Shown here: positions 1 to 10,361 of the stretch, piece by piece
How positions within the stretch are numbered: the stretch's first letter is position 1
How the letters are laid out: each line of letters opens with the position of its first letter
NCBI RefSeq assembly: GCF_000281045.1
Contig: NW_008246128.1
Span: forward strand, 86,080-128,860
DNA from: Saprolegnia diclina VS20
Lineage: Eukaryota
Length of the DNA stretch: 42,781 bases
Direction: 5' to 3'
Notes under the pieces: model-generated
What the model was told of the DNA's origin: nothing
Seen by the model: the letters and a program-made list of their open reading frames with translations, nothing else
Database searches by the model: none
Position numbers and translations under genes: made by a program

Positions 1-380
1 GTCTTTTGCCAGATACCTTGGTTGAAGCTCGAGATCTGCGGGAGGATGTTGGTCATGTAGTGCGCCTCGCGGATCGTCGTCTCGTTCGCGTCCATGTGGT
101 TGGAGGCGACGAGGTGACCACGGTCGTAGCCATTGCCATAGGCACCCGTGGACTTTTGCTGCTTACAGGTCGTCGGGAGGTTCGGGTCCGTGTAGAAGCC
201 GCTGGGGCGCTTGGCCTTGCCGTTGTCAAAGCCGAGCGTGTACGCCCAGCGGTCCGCCGAGGCGGCTTCGCAGTCGAACGTGAGCTCGTACCCGAGGTAC
301 TTGATGGTGCGGTCCGTCGTGCACGCGGTCGAGGCAAAGGCCGCCGAGGCGAGGGCGAGGCAGGCGATGGCAGTGCGCAT
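1..380 (-). CDS. Secreted DNA/RNA non-specific endonuclease (NUC/Endonuclease_NS, beta-beta-alpha-Me family), 3' end beyond window
   Basis: Manual translation from ATG 380: MRTAIACLALASAAFASTAC...GNGYDRGHLVASNHMDANETTIREAHYMTNILPQISSFNQGIWQK. Has a signal peptide, the DRGH motif and the N-x2-PQ-x3-FN-x-G-x-W motif. Frame is open to the window edge. Confidence 0.9.
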   Translation of the reverse strand, partial: MRTAIACLALASAAFASTACTTDRTIKYLGYELTFDCEAASADRWAYTLGFDNGKAKRPSGFYTDPNLPTTCKQQKSTGAYGNGYDRGHLVASNHMDANETTIREAHYMTNILPQISSFNQGIWQK

Positions 381-1175
381 GATGGAGCGAATTGAACAAT
401 GGTTTGATCCTTTCGGGGTTGGGCACCCTGAATCTGAGCCGCCCACAGATTCCCGCGTGGATGTTTTTGCAGCGAAAGTAACATAGGATGCGCGTGTGTA
501 CCCAATGGCCTTCAACCCTTCAACTGGTGACCCTTTCTCCATCATTGCGAGTGCAACCAAGTCAAGAATTGGCGTACCAGCTCGTCTACCTCATCGTTCA
601 CGCCATCTCGAGTAGGCAGCAGTTGCAGGGACTCGAGGTGCGCGATACTACAGCCCTCGGGCTGCAGCTTCGGGCTGCACGGGCAACGGATGGGTTGAAA
701 CGGGCTGTCGTCCGCCGCTAAGAAAGAGTGGGATGAAAATCTGAGAACCGTCGCTGGGAGTGGTATTCTGCACTCTCGACCGCTTTGGATTGGTCGACGT
801 TTGAAAGATGACGAGCCGTTGGTGTCTCTGCAGCTCATTCGCCCCCGGCTTCGCGGGGTTTCGTATGCTCGTCGACGGGACAACAGCCAGTATTAAAGCG
901 GCTACGAGAGACTACAAGAGCTGGTGATCGATTCCCCGAGAGCTTTCATTGAGGGGAATCTCACAGCGCCGGAATGCGCCCATGCGACAGAATTCTTGGG
1001 CCAGCCGCTTGCAGTTGCAGCTTGCACTTGGGTGCGCTTACTACGCTTGCAACAACCGCGGGTCGTAAACTGGGTCATGCGGCTGACACGTAAAAGTGAT
1101 CTTTTTCTTTCACCTCACTAGTAAGTACTGTGTTCCATAACTTCAGAGGACAGAGGTCGCGAGCAAGTCGTTTAT

Positions 1176-2351
1176 CTACTTCCACGAGTCGGACGGGAGG
1201 AGGTTGATGCGCACGAGGTCGTTGTAGATCAAGTCGCTGCGAATACCGACGTTGGGACAGTTGGTATAACCACCATGGTGCAGCGCCACGACCAAGTTGT
1301 CTCGGACCCCGAGGACCGGCGATCCGGACGCCATTGGCAGCGTGTCGAGATAGTAGAGCGCCTCTGTGGCCGTGAACGGGCCGCGGAGCTGCGCGACGCC
1401 GTCGCCGTTCTTGTTGCTAATGCGTTTTCCATACGCGTTTGGGTGCTCCACAATGTAAATTGGCTCGAGCAGCGTCGGGCCGCGCGCGCGCAGCCGCATG
1501 AAGTTGTACTTCTTGGTCACCCACGCATCGAGCTTGACAATGGTATAGTCCAAGTTGGCGTTGGTGTACACAAATTGAACACCCCCCGAGTAAATCTCGC
1601 CCGGGCACGCGAGTTGGCTCTTGCAAAAGTCCGTACCCGCCGGCGGGCAGGTGGTGGCTTGGGCCTTGAACTCAAAGCGCGTGCCAGCCGCGTCCGCTGC
1701 CGATTTGATGCAGTGGTTGTTGGTGACAAAGTGACCTTGGTCCCCGAGGAGCCAGCCCGTGCAGCCGGAGAGCGAGCCGCCGCGGTTGATGACGAGGCGT
1801 GCGACGGCTTGCGCGTTGCGCCAAATACCAGGCGAGCCCTCAAAGCAAGCAGCTTCCAATGTGACGTCCTTGGGCCCGCACTGGCTCTCAAAGCCTTCGC
1901 CGGGCACGGCATTGACCATGAAGTCGATGTGAAAGCCCGCGCAGCCGCCACCGCGGTTCGGATTGAAAATGCCCGTGTACAGCGAGAGCGTAATCGTCCG
2001 GTTAAAGATCGGCGTCGCGTTGAAGCTCGCGCCGGAGGGGATGTGCTGGCCATAGTAAAACACATCTTTGCGCGTCCCATTCTCGTACCCTGAGAGCACG
2101 AGGTAGTCGGTCGGCGGCAGCGAAAAGTAGGCAAAATGCAGCTGGACCAGGGTCGAGAACTCGGGACCTGTGATGGTTTGCACGAACGCGGCGTCCGTGC
2201 AGAGCGACCGGGGTTGGTAGGGGTACGCTGTCGACGCGTTGCAGCCGAGTGCGAGGTTGAGCGACGTCGTGACGTCCATCGTGCCCGTACTAGCATTGGT
2301 CGCACCCACTGCGAGCGCCGCGCCGCAAGCCACCAAAAGCGCTCGAAGCAT
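1176..2351 (-). CDS. Secreted trypsin-like (clan PA) serine protease with N-terminal extension
   Basis: Intronless ORF with signal peptide MLRALLVACGAALAVGA. Triad motifs: CTGWL..FVTNNHC (His), LDYTIV (Asp), DTLPMASGSPV (Ser), followed by VVALHHGG. Confidence 0.9.
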   Translation of the reverse strand: MLRALLVACGAALAVGATNASTGTMDVTTSLNLALGCNASTAYPYQPRSLCTDAAFVQTITGPEFSTLVQLHFAYFSLPPTDYLVLSGYENGTRKDVFYYGQHIPSGASFNATPIFNRTITLSLYTGIFNPNRGGGCAGFHIDFMVNAVPGEGFESQCGPKDVTLEAACFEGSPGIWRNAQAVARLVINRGGSLSGCTGWLLGDQGHFVTNNHCIKSAADAAGTRFEFKAQATTCPPAGTDFCKSQLACPGEIYSGGVQFVYTNANLDYTIVKLDAWVTKKYNFMRLRARGPTLLEPIYIVEHPNAYGKRISNKNGDGVAQLRGPFTATEALYYLDTLPMASGSPVLGVRDNLVVALHHGGYTNCPNVGIRSDLIYNDLVRINLLPSDSWK

Positions 2352-2352
2352 C

Positions 2353-2367
2353 GAATTGAAAAGTGAG
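2353..2367 (-). promoter_or_regulatory. Oomycete INR+FPR-like core promoter of the protease gene
   Basis: Minus strand reads CTCACTTTTCAATTC immediately upstream of the ATG. Close to the oomycete consensus GCTCATTYYNCAWTTT. Confidence 0.6.
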
Positions 2368-2687
2368 GTTGGCGACAAGCAGTGATCCTGGCGATCTTAA
2401 CTTGCGCTATCAATAGACCCATATCCGAGCACGTTCGCCGGAGACGCGCTTGGGCGTTGCCGAGACACAAGGGCTGTTCCACAGTCCGAGAGCTCAGTCC
2501 GAGAGAGGCAAGGGGGTCGTCTTCTCGCCATGTCAATGAAAACGAGCCCGAGCTTGCATACATTATTGGACTTATGGCCTTGATTGTACATCAGTGCCGA
2601 GCAAAGCCACGTGTCTCCAACTTGTCGCTCTGTTTTTGCCAGATTTGAACTGGCGACGCCGCCTCCAAGAAAGGGACGCATGCGACC

Positions 2688-4988
2688 TCACTCGACGGTG
2701 CTGCCCGTGAAAAAGTTGAGCACGCGTTGCGCCAGCGAGCTGCGCTTTCGTTTTTGACGCGACGTGTGGATGGTGGCCGTCGCATCGCTGGACTTTGGTG
2801 TCGGCTTGACAAAGACAACCGCGCTGCTCTCGACGCTATAGACGTGACTGCGTGGCACGGATGGATCCAAGATGCTGGACTCGAATCGTATGCGGTACGT
2901 CTTGGATTCGGCTTCTTCGACGACGCCCGCAAAGTACTTGGGACTGCCACACAGCCGCGCCATGACACGATGGCCCATGGGCAGCCGCGCATCGTCGGCT
3001 TCTTCGGGTCTACAGGGTGCCTTTATCGAGCCACGTCTCAGAGACCTTTTACTAACCCCAGAATCGATTTCGAGTACACAATGAGGTTGCCGCAGCGCTG
3101 CAACGTGGCGTCCGGGAGACTCGTGACTTCGGTCGCTGGGATCTGCGTGACGCACTCGCCATAGTCAAACACGACCGCGTAAAGCCCGTCAACCACGCTT
3201 TGAACGCGCCCCGAGCAGTAGCGCAGGTAGCGCGGACTGTACGCCGCGATAAGCTGCCCGACGACGAACGCGCCGGCTGCGGCGCTGCGCTGCGCCTCCA
3301 GCTGCTTGAGCTGCATTTCGTGCACACTCGGTTCGATCTGAATCACGTCGCGGCTGATCTACACACTATGTCATTTGCGCGTCGACGTGTCGTTTGCACA
3401 AACACTGTAGACGCAAATGCCGTCGAGAAACTGCAAGTCGAACGTGCTGTTGCCGTTGTCGCGGGTCACGGTGCACGGCTGGGCGCTCTTCAACATCGGG
3501 TGCTTGGCGAGGACGCGGAAGCCTGTGAGAATGACGCGGTCGTCGACCGTCAACTGCATTTCTTGGACCATCGCGAGGAGCTCGTCGGTCACGTCTTGGT
3601 CGGCGGCGGCACTCAGATCTTTGATATCGACCTTGGCATCGACGTCCTTCTCGTCATATTGCACGATGGCGGTGCCATTAGTGTTGAGGCCCAGAAAGTA
3701 CCCGTACCGCCGCTCCAGCGGGTCCCGGTACGTCACCTGCAGGGTCGCATAAGACGAGCTTTCCAACACAACGTGGATGCACACAAACCATGACGCGGGC
3801 TCCGAGGTCGAGGCGCACCATACCATCGAGCAAGAGAAAGTTCCGTGTCGACGAAGGTCGAATCGCTTCGATACCCGGTTTGCGCCGGACTTTGGGCCGT
3901 AGTAAATGGTGTGCGACCTCTAATAGCGCGTTAGAAGTGTGGTGAAGCACGACATACAACCTCGCTGGATGGTCGAGGCGGTCTTGTGCAGGCGAATGTC
4001 GTACGTGCCGTTGTGCAAGTCGCGGCGGATCGTGGCCGTGATCGGGTCGGCGACTGGCGTCGCGTCGGGCAGCGAGTGGCGCTTCCGCACACTCGAGATG
4101 AGTGGCGCTGTGATTTTGCGGCTATCGCCTTTGAGCAGAGCGGGCTTGCCGTGGATGTCCATCAAAAGAACGTGGTCCCCGACGCGGAACCAGGCCGCCA
4201 TGGCTTTGCACGCGCTACGCTGTGCGGCGACCTCGTCGTCGTTTGGGCGCGTCTTGGCAAGCGCGTCCAAGGTGCGAATCATCTCCAAGAGCTTTGTCTG
4301 GTCTACACCACATCTATAATGGACAAGGTGCCATTGCCGCATAGTACTTTTTTGAAACTCGGATTGGACGTCCGGACGCGACCCAAACCGAGCAAAGAGG
4401 TAGTCGGTCCAGTGGTCTTCGCCCAACGGCAACTACACCTCGCGTCAAACGACGCATTTCCACATCCAACAACACCTCTTGCTTGGCGAGCGTCTCGTCA
4501 TGACGATGAGGGCGGCGCTGCGGCGGATACGACCGGTTGCTGGACGCGGCGACCTTTCGGGATACATCGTCGGCCTCGGACGAACCGACGCTGAGCGCCG
4601 AGCTCCGCGCAGCCTGCACCATCCGAGTGGGGGCCTTGCGTGGAAAAGCCAGCGATCGCTTCCGCCGCGCTTGCACGTCAGACGTCAGAAGCACGAGGCT
4701 CTTGGCTCGGAGTGCGGGATTTCGAGGCAGTAGCGCCCGTGACGAGGTGTCGTTGGCGAGCGGTGGCACCCCACCAAGTGCACGACTCGGTGCGTTGTTG
4801 CACGTGCTGTCTAGAGTACGTTTGCGTGTCGCATGAGAGGCTTCGTCCGCGACGATCGGCGTCGGCGGGTGCTCACGTGGGTCGGCGTGCACGGGGGCCG
4901 TTTGAGATGTCGCGGACGACGTCGTCCTTAGCGAAAGGTCGACGCCGCGCGGACTGGGCGTAGCTGGCGGCGGTGGCGCGTCGTCCAT
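2688..4988 (-). CDS. Multi-exon protein with disordered N-terminus and about five Tudor/Agenet-like repeats
   Basis: ORF fragments join through GT-AG introns. Repeat units: FRVGDHVLL..NGTYDIRL, LDLGARVMV..NGTAIVQYDE, LTGFRVLAK..NSTFDLQFLDG, FVVGQLIAA..GLYAVVFDYGE, LPMGHRVMAR..KTYRIRFES. Confidence 0.7.
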
Positions 4989-5658
4989 GGATGAGGCTAA
5001 GTATAGCAAAGTGGCGCGAAGTGGTTTCGAAATGACCTTTTTATGAACCGCAACCTTGTTTCACAGATCACGGACAATTTGCCACGTCACGCGGGCGACT
5101 CTATTGCTTGAATAGATCGGCAACAAGAATGGGAAAGTTGGAACCCCGCCTTGGATGTCTCGTGCCGTTGACCAAATAACCGTTCGTCATCTCGTAGTAT
5201 TAATACGTGGAAGTGCAATAGGCAACCTCGAGCCAGCCCTTGGCGCGAGGACTTTGCGATGCAGCGGGGAATGGAAGGTTATGTCGAATTGTCTGAAAAA
5301 TTTGGTTTGTGTCGAGTTGGTAGTCGAAGTCTAGTCGTGATGAACTGTGACACGACAAGGAGATCTGCTGCACCAAAGGCCATCAAGTCAACGAACCTCT
5401 ACGACGTCATGGGCTTCCACGTCTACGACGGCAGATTCATCGCTGGAGATTCACTGCATCGTTGCATACCACGCAACGTTGCGATGGAGGCAGCAACACC
5501 TGGTGCCAGCGTAATGGTCAAGTGCAACCTGGCACTCGAAGCCATACTTCGAAAACCTGTCTCTTTGATTGGTTCATGCGTCGGTACCGAAGTTCGTAGG
5601 AATCTTGACCCATGCCATTTCGCGCTGTTGCCAGAGACGTCATCGACGCATTGGCTAG

Positions 5659-5898
5659 ATGGCAGTCTTCACATTCGTCGGCTGCGAGCTGGCCCTTCTC
5701 GTGAGCGTCGGCCTCGCTGCCGCCTACGTGTGGTTCCTCTTCCACGTCCAATCCACGCAGCGCAAGGCGTGCCTCGTCCTCCCGATGACAGCGGTCCATC
5801 CAAGTCCCAGCACAGCCCTGCGCCGCCGCCGCCGGCGTTGCGCTGTCGAGCTCATTGCCCAATGCCACGGCGTCACAGCGGCCGTTGGCTGCTCGTAG
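5659..5898 (+). CDS. Putative 79-aa single-pass membrane microprotein
   Basis: Hydrophobic stretch ELALLVSVGLAAAYVWFLFHV followed by a poly-Arg tract. Codon bias is coding-like, and a TGATTGGTT box lies about 90 bp upstream. Confidence 0.45.
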   Translation: MAVFTFVGCELALLVSVGLAAAYVWFLFHVQSTQRKACLVLPMTAVHPSPSTALRRRRRRCAVELIAQCHGVTAAVGCS

Positions 5899-6010
5899 CG
5901 CAGGCGCATCCGAGCTGTTAGATAGAAGCGCAGAACAATAGTGATGATTTATAAACGCTTTGTAGGACGTGTGTGTAAAAGGTATTCTTCGAAAATCGTT
6001 TGCAGCGTCG

Positions 6011-6283
6011 ATGCGAGCTTTGAAGCGCGACCGCCACGTGACTTTTCTCGACAGCGTAGCCACCAATACCGCCCTCACTCTTCCTCACAGTGTCCTTGTC
6101 GGCTAGGATCCTGAGGACGAGCTGCCCGATCGCGAGTGCTGGCTGTCACGGGCGCTTGCCTTGTCTGGGATCGCACTCGTCTTGCTCTTCATCGTCAAAG
6201 TCGCAGTGGAATTTCGCCTCATCGACGCTCTATCAGCCGAGCGACGACTTCGCCACGTGGAGAAAGGAGCCTTCGCCAACTAA
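6011..6283 (+). CDS. Putative two-exon 73-aa membrane microprotein with RVxF motif
   Basis: Exon 6011-6055, intron 6056-6106 (GT..AG, phase 0), exon 6107-6283. Translation: MRALKRDRHVTFLDS|DPEDELPDRECWLSRALALSGIALVLLFIVKVAVEFRLIDALSAERRLRHVEKGAFAN*. Confidence 0.55.
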
Positions 6284-7217
6284 ATCGTCCCGAGCGAGTA
6301 CAGTATACTCCTGCTTCTACTCTACACAGGAGCAAAGCGGGACGCAATACCAATACTAAACTGCCATTCATTTCCCTACCATCCATCCATCATAATTGTT
6401 AAAGTTAGTTCGCGGTAGGATACTTTTCATGCCAGGTTGACCACATGCGAGGACACAAGCAGCGACTGTGAGCCGCATTGCTGTCGAGGATCGAGAGAGC
6501 AGGACTCGATCAGCGCCAAACCTGTGCAATGCAGCAATCGCAGCTAGTTACAGTCCATAGAAAAACAAATACAGGCAGTGCACCGCCAGTGTTGGCGTCA
6601 CTGGAGGCGCCCGTTGCTAGTCTCTAAGTTGGTCTGTGCTTTTTAGCATAGACAACAACGAGTCCTTGATCTCATCGTGTATTGGGAATAAATACTCACG
6701 ATTGAATACCGAATGTACCGTTTAAGTATAGTAATTCACTAGACTGCGTGTCCAGTTGAAGGCGTGCTCGAGGTCGTGGCCGAAATCTTCGTAGCACGAG
6801 GGGCTGCCAGCTCATCTTGGTGGCAGCTCGTTCTGGCCAATCCCAAATTGGCGCGCTGTGATTGGCCCCCACGCTTCTCACTTCAATATAATGGTTGAAA
6901 CCGTCGCTTCACATACTCAAGCCAAGTCAAAACGTGTCACAGCCGACAGGAATTAAAAATCATCCGGATTCCAGTGGGTTCATATCCGGAAGTCCCACGA
7001 ACGTGGCTGGCCTTCATTCGATTTTCGCCTCGAACCGCGCGTTCTGATTGGTCCCATAATAATTTGGCCCCACGCGTCCAATTTAATCGGAATAATTTAT
7101 TCTCACTTGGTCTTTGTATGGAAAGGCACGACATTGAATAAAAGGCACCAGTGTGGCCGCGGATTTGCAGTGCATTTTTTTTAGCATTTGCTGGACGTCA
7201 GAGCAGGAGGAAGCAGC

Positions 7218-7997
7218 ATGAGCCTCGAGTACCTCTTGGACGTCGCGATCCAGTTTGAGCAGCAGACGGACCGCGTGACCAAGCTCGAGCGACACCAGCA
7301 GTGCGCCGCCCAGGCCGAGCCGGCGCCCGCGCCACCCGCCGCCGCTACTATCTACGCCGACACGAGCAACCTCGTCAAGCACTTTGACACCCGCGAATAC
7401 ACGCACATCCAAGCCGCACCGTTCCATCCGTTCTTGTTGCCGCCGACGGGCGCCATGTTTGCCATCGACCCGAAGAAGGCCGCCGAGGCCGGCGGGTACC
7501 TCGCGCCGTTTTTGCTCTCGCACAAGGCCGAGGCGGCGCGGCGGCGGCAGGTCGCCATTGAGCGGCGCAACGCCAAGCGCAACATTGTGCCCCGCCACGC
7601 GGCGTCAGAGGCCGCCGCTGTGTGCATTGACCGCAACAAGACCAAGAACCGCATCTCGGCTGCGTCGTACCGCGAGAACCGCGACAAGCGCGTGCATTTT
7701 ATCGAGCACGAGATCCAGCTGCTGCAGAAGGAGCACCCGGGCCTGCAGTCGAAAGACTGGGTGCCCATGAAGAAGTCCAAGAGCGCAATCCGCGACGGCG
7801 AGTCGAAAGAGGAGTACCGGAAGCGCACGAACCGCGAGTCGGCCGCCGACTCGCGCTACCAGCAGCAGCAAAAGCTGCAATATTTAACGCGCGAGCTCGC
7901 CCGGCTCCGCGCCGTGGTCCACGTCGGCGACGCGACCAAAAAGCCGGAGCTGCCAGTGACGCCCACCTCGACGTCGTCGCCCATTGAGGAGCAATAG
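7218..7997 (+). CDS. bZIP-like transcription factor with two tandem basic-zipper units
   Basis: Intronless, strong codon bias. Two matches to N-x7-R-x9-[IL]-x6-L: KNRISAASYRENRDKRVHFIEHEIQLL and TNRESAADSRYQQQQKLQYLTRELARL. Confidence 0.8.
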   Translation: MSLEYLLDVAIQFEQQTDRVTKLERHQQCAAQAEPAPAPPAAATIYADTSNLVKHFDTREYTHIQAAPFHPFLLPPTGAMFAIDPKKAAEAGGYLAPFLLSHKAEAARRRQVAIERRNAKRNIVPRHAASEAAAVCIDRNKTKNRISAASYRENRDKRVHFIEHEIQLLQKEHPGLQSKDWVPMKKSKSAIRDGESKEEYRKRTNRESAADSRYQQQQKLQYLTRELARLRAVVHVGDATKKPELPVTPTSTSSPIEEQ

Positions 7998-8575
7998 CCT
8001 ATTTATGAGCCAGCAATAGACCCAAAGCTTGTGCTCCTCGTCAGATAATGGACCTTGTGCGTCTTTGAACTCGCCAACATCCCACATATATACTTCCCTT
8101 GTCCTTCTACTCGCCTCCACAGCACAAGCACCTTGATGAGTGCAAAAGCCAGGCAATGTTTTTGGGCCGTGACGTGGCGGCGTCAGCGTTACGCACCGGC
8201 GCTTTCCTGCCGCCTTGCCACGTTACAATGGCGACACCAACAGCAACGACCTGCTTCAACGCAATCGCATTCGCTCTGTGATAGGAGAGTCCTACGCCGA
8301 CACCGCTGGACCCAAGCACCCCGATAAGCGCGAATGTTCGCATGACGGTCCACGCCCCATGCGCAGCAAAGGAGTCCACCAATACTGCCTGCTTCCGACT
8401 TGGCCCGCTCCGAGCGCCCGTCAAAGGCTCCTTGTACATACCATTTGATACCAACGAGGTTCGCCAAGGCGTGCGAGTCGCGTGTCGTCGACGGCGAGCG
8501 GGAGCTAAAGGGGCGTGCGTATAGCCATTCCGGGTCGAAGGATTGCGCTACAAAACCCAAGAGAATATTTGGCGG

Positions 8576-8624
8576 CGTCTGATTGGCTCGTTTTCTCGAA
8601 GCGATAAGCCACGTCTTATTTTCG
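8576..8624 (+). promoter_or_regulatory. Proximal promoter of the CHORD gene (inverted CCAAT, TTCnnGAA, GCCACGTC, INR-like)
   Basis: CTGATTGGCT at 8579, TTCTCGAA at 8593-8600, GCCACGTC at 8608-8615 and TCTTATTTTCG at 8614-8624. All lie within 65 bp of ATG 8641. Confidence 0.5.
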
Positions 8625-8640
8625 ATTTGAACCAGCAACG

Positions 8641-9779
8641 ATGGGCGGCGCCGAGTCGATTCCGGTCCAGCCCGAGGGCGCGCGCCTCAAGAAGATCTAC
8701 TTGCACTTTGAGGAAGGCGACGAGGCCCACCACCTGACGCTCAAGCTCACGATCCCGTCCAAGTGGGCGGGCGCGACCGTCGACCGCTTGAAGGAGGTGC
8801 GGACGCGGCGACGTCCTCGGTATGGCTCACGTCCAGCGCTAGTTTTTCCTCGAAACGTACAACGAGAAGCGGCCCAACAACAAGGTCGACGCGACCGAGT
8901 ACCACCTTGAGCGCAGCGAAGGCCGCGTGCTGCGCGGCGACGAAACCATCCACGACACGATCAAGAGCCGCGACGACGTCTACGTCAAGCTCGGTAAACG
9001 CTGGCGCCGTGGCGGTGGCTTACGCAGCAACTAGGACCGTCGACGTTCAAGCACAAGAAGGATGCGGCCGACGGTACGTCCTTTTTGCATCAAGGCGGCG
9101 ATGGCTCATAACCACTGGCAGAGGAGCGTGAGAAGGAAGTGCCCAAGGAGCTCGTCCAGTGCAAGAACTTTGGCTGCCGGGAAAAGTTTGTCGACAGCGA
9201 GAACCATGGCCTCGCGTGTCGCCACCACAAGGCGCCGCCGACCTTCCACGACACGAAGAAGGGCTGGTCCTGCTGCTCGTCCAAGATGGTGTACGACTGG
9301 GACGATTTCGAGAAGATTGAGCCGTGCGCGGTTGGCTTCCACAGCGCCATTGGCAACCAAGCGCCCGTCGTTGCCGAGACGCCGGCGCCCGCACCCGTGC
9401 CGGTCGTTGCCGCGCCGGCCGCGCCCGTCAAGTCGATCGACGACTACAACAAGTCCAACCCGACTGCAGTCACGTCGATCTCGTCGATCACGGCCAAGTA
9501 CGTACAGAAGCACTTACTGTGCGGGAGCTCATGTTGACTAGGCCCGTGGCCCCCAAGCGCACGGACGGCAAGGCGAAATGCGTCAACTATGGCTGCCAAG
9601 TCGAATACTTTGTTGATATCAACGACGACAAGTCGTGCGCCCACCATGCTGGCGCGCCTGTCTTCCATGACAGCGGCAAGTACTGGAGCTGCTGCCCCAA
9701 GGACGTCAAGTACGACTTTGACGAGTTTTTGAAGGTGCCTGGCTGCGTCGTCTCGGCCCACAAGGACGTTCGCGACTAA
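8641..9779 (+). CDS. CHORD-domain protein (RAR1/CHORDC1-related Hsp90 co-chaperone), two CHORDs, N-terminal ubiquitin-like segment
   Basis: Five exons. CHORD-I: CKNFGC..CRHH..PTFHDTKKGWSCC..DWDDF.KIEPC..GFH. CHORD-II: CVNYGC..CAHH..PVFHDSGKYWSCC..DFDEFLKVPGC..H. Confidence 0.9.
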
Positions 9780-10361
9780 CATGTGAATACTAATGACATG
9801 CGACCACGATTTCCATGGTCGACGGTGATGCGCGCGCAAGGCAGTGAGCGAAACTGCAAGCTCTAGAGGCCGCGTGGCTCCAAGGACATCAGTGCTGCTG
9901 AGTACTTTACCGGTACAACAGAAGCGGCGAGCAACACGGTTGTCGTTAGCCAGAAGGCCTTAACAGCTTGACATCGTTCGAGCAGCAGCTCCAGTTGCTT
10001 GCCTCTGTCGTGTATTGCACACGTGCGGCTCCTATATTGAGTTTGTGTCGCCTGTTGCACCGACAAAGGCAGGATATTTTCAAGCTCCAACCAGGAAAAG
10101 CTTGACGACCTCGGGTTCAAAGCTCGAGACGGTTCTACCGATACCGGGAGCGACCACAGTTGCCAGCGCGGAAGGACACATATTGTCCTATTGCGTAGCA
10201 CAAGAATGTCCAACTGCGACGGCTGGATGAGCTGCGAAATCTCTGGTGTCGAGCCGTTGAGAGGAGAATTGACCAATGGACATCTCGCCGGTGGACACGG
10301 TGTGGACTGAAGCGCGTGTCCCATGACACTATTAGGGTGTGTACAAGTGTCATTGCTCAAG

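Noticed and set aside
488..1121. Short ORFs between the nuclease and protease genes
   Set aside because: No codon bias, motifs or coherent splice model.
5259..5921. 220-aa plus-strand ORF
   Set aside because: No recognisable domain; its 3' half overlaps a better-biased ORF in another frame.
6033..6260. Two G-box (CACGTG) sites
   Set aside because: Both fall inside the predicted microprotein exons (His-Val codons).
8000..8530. Possible minus-strand hydrophobic ORF
   Set aside because: No convincing start or consistent exon chain.
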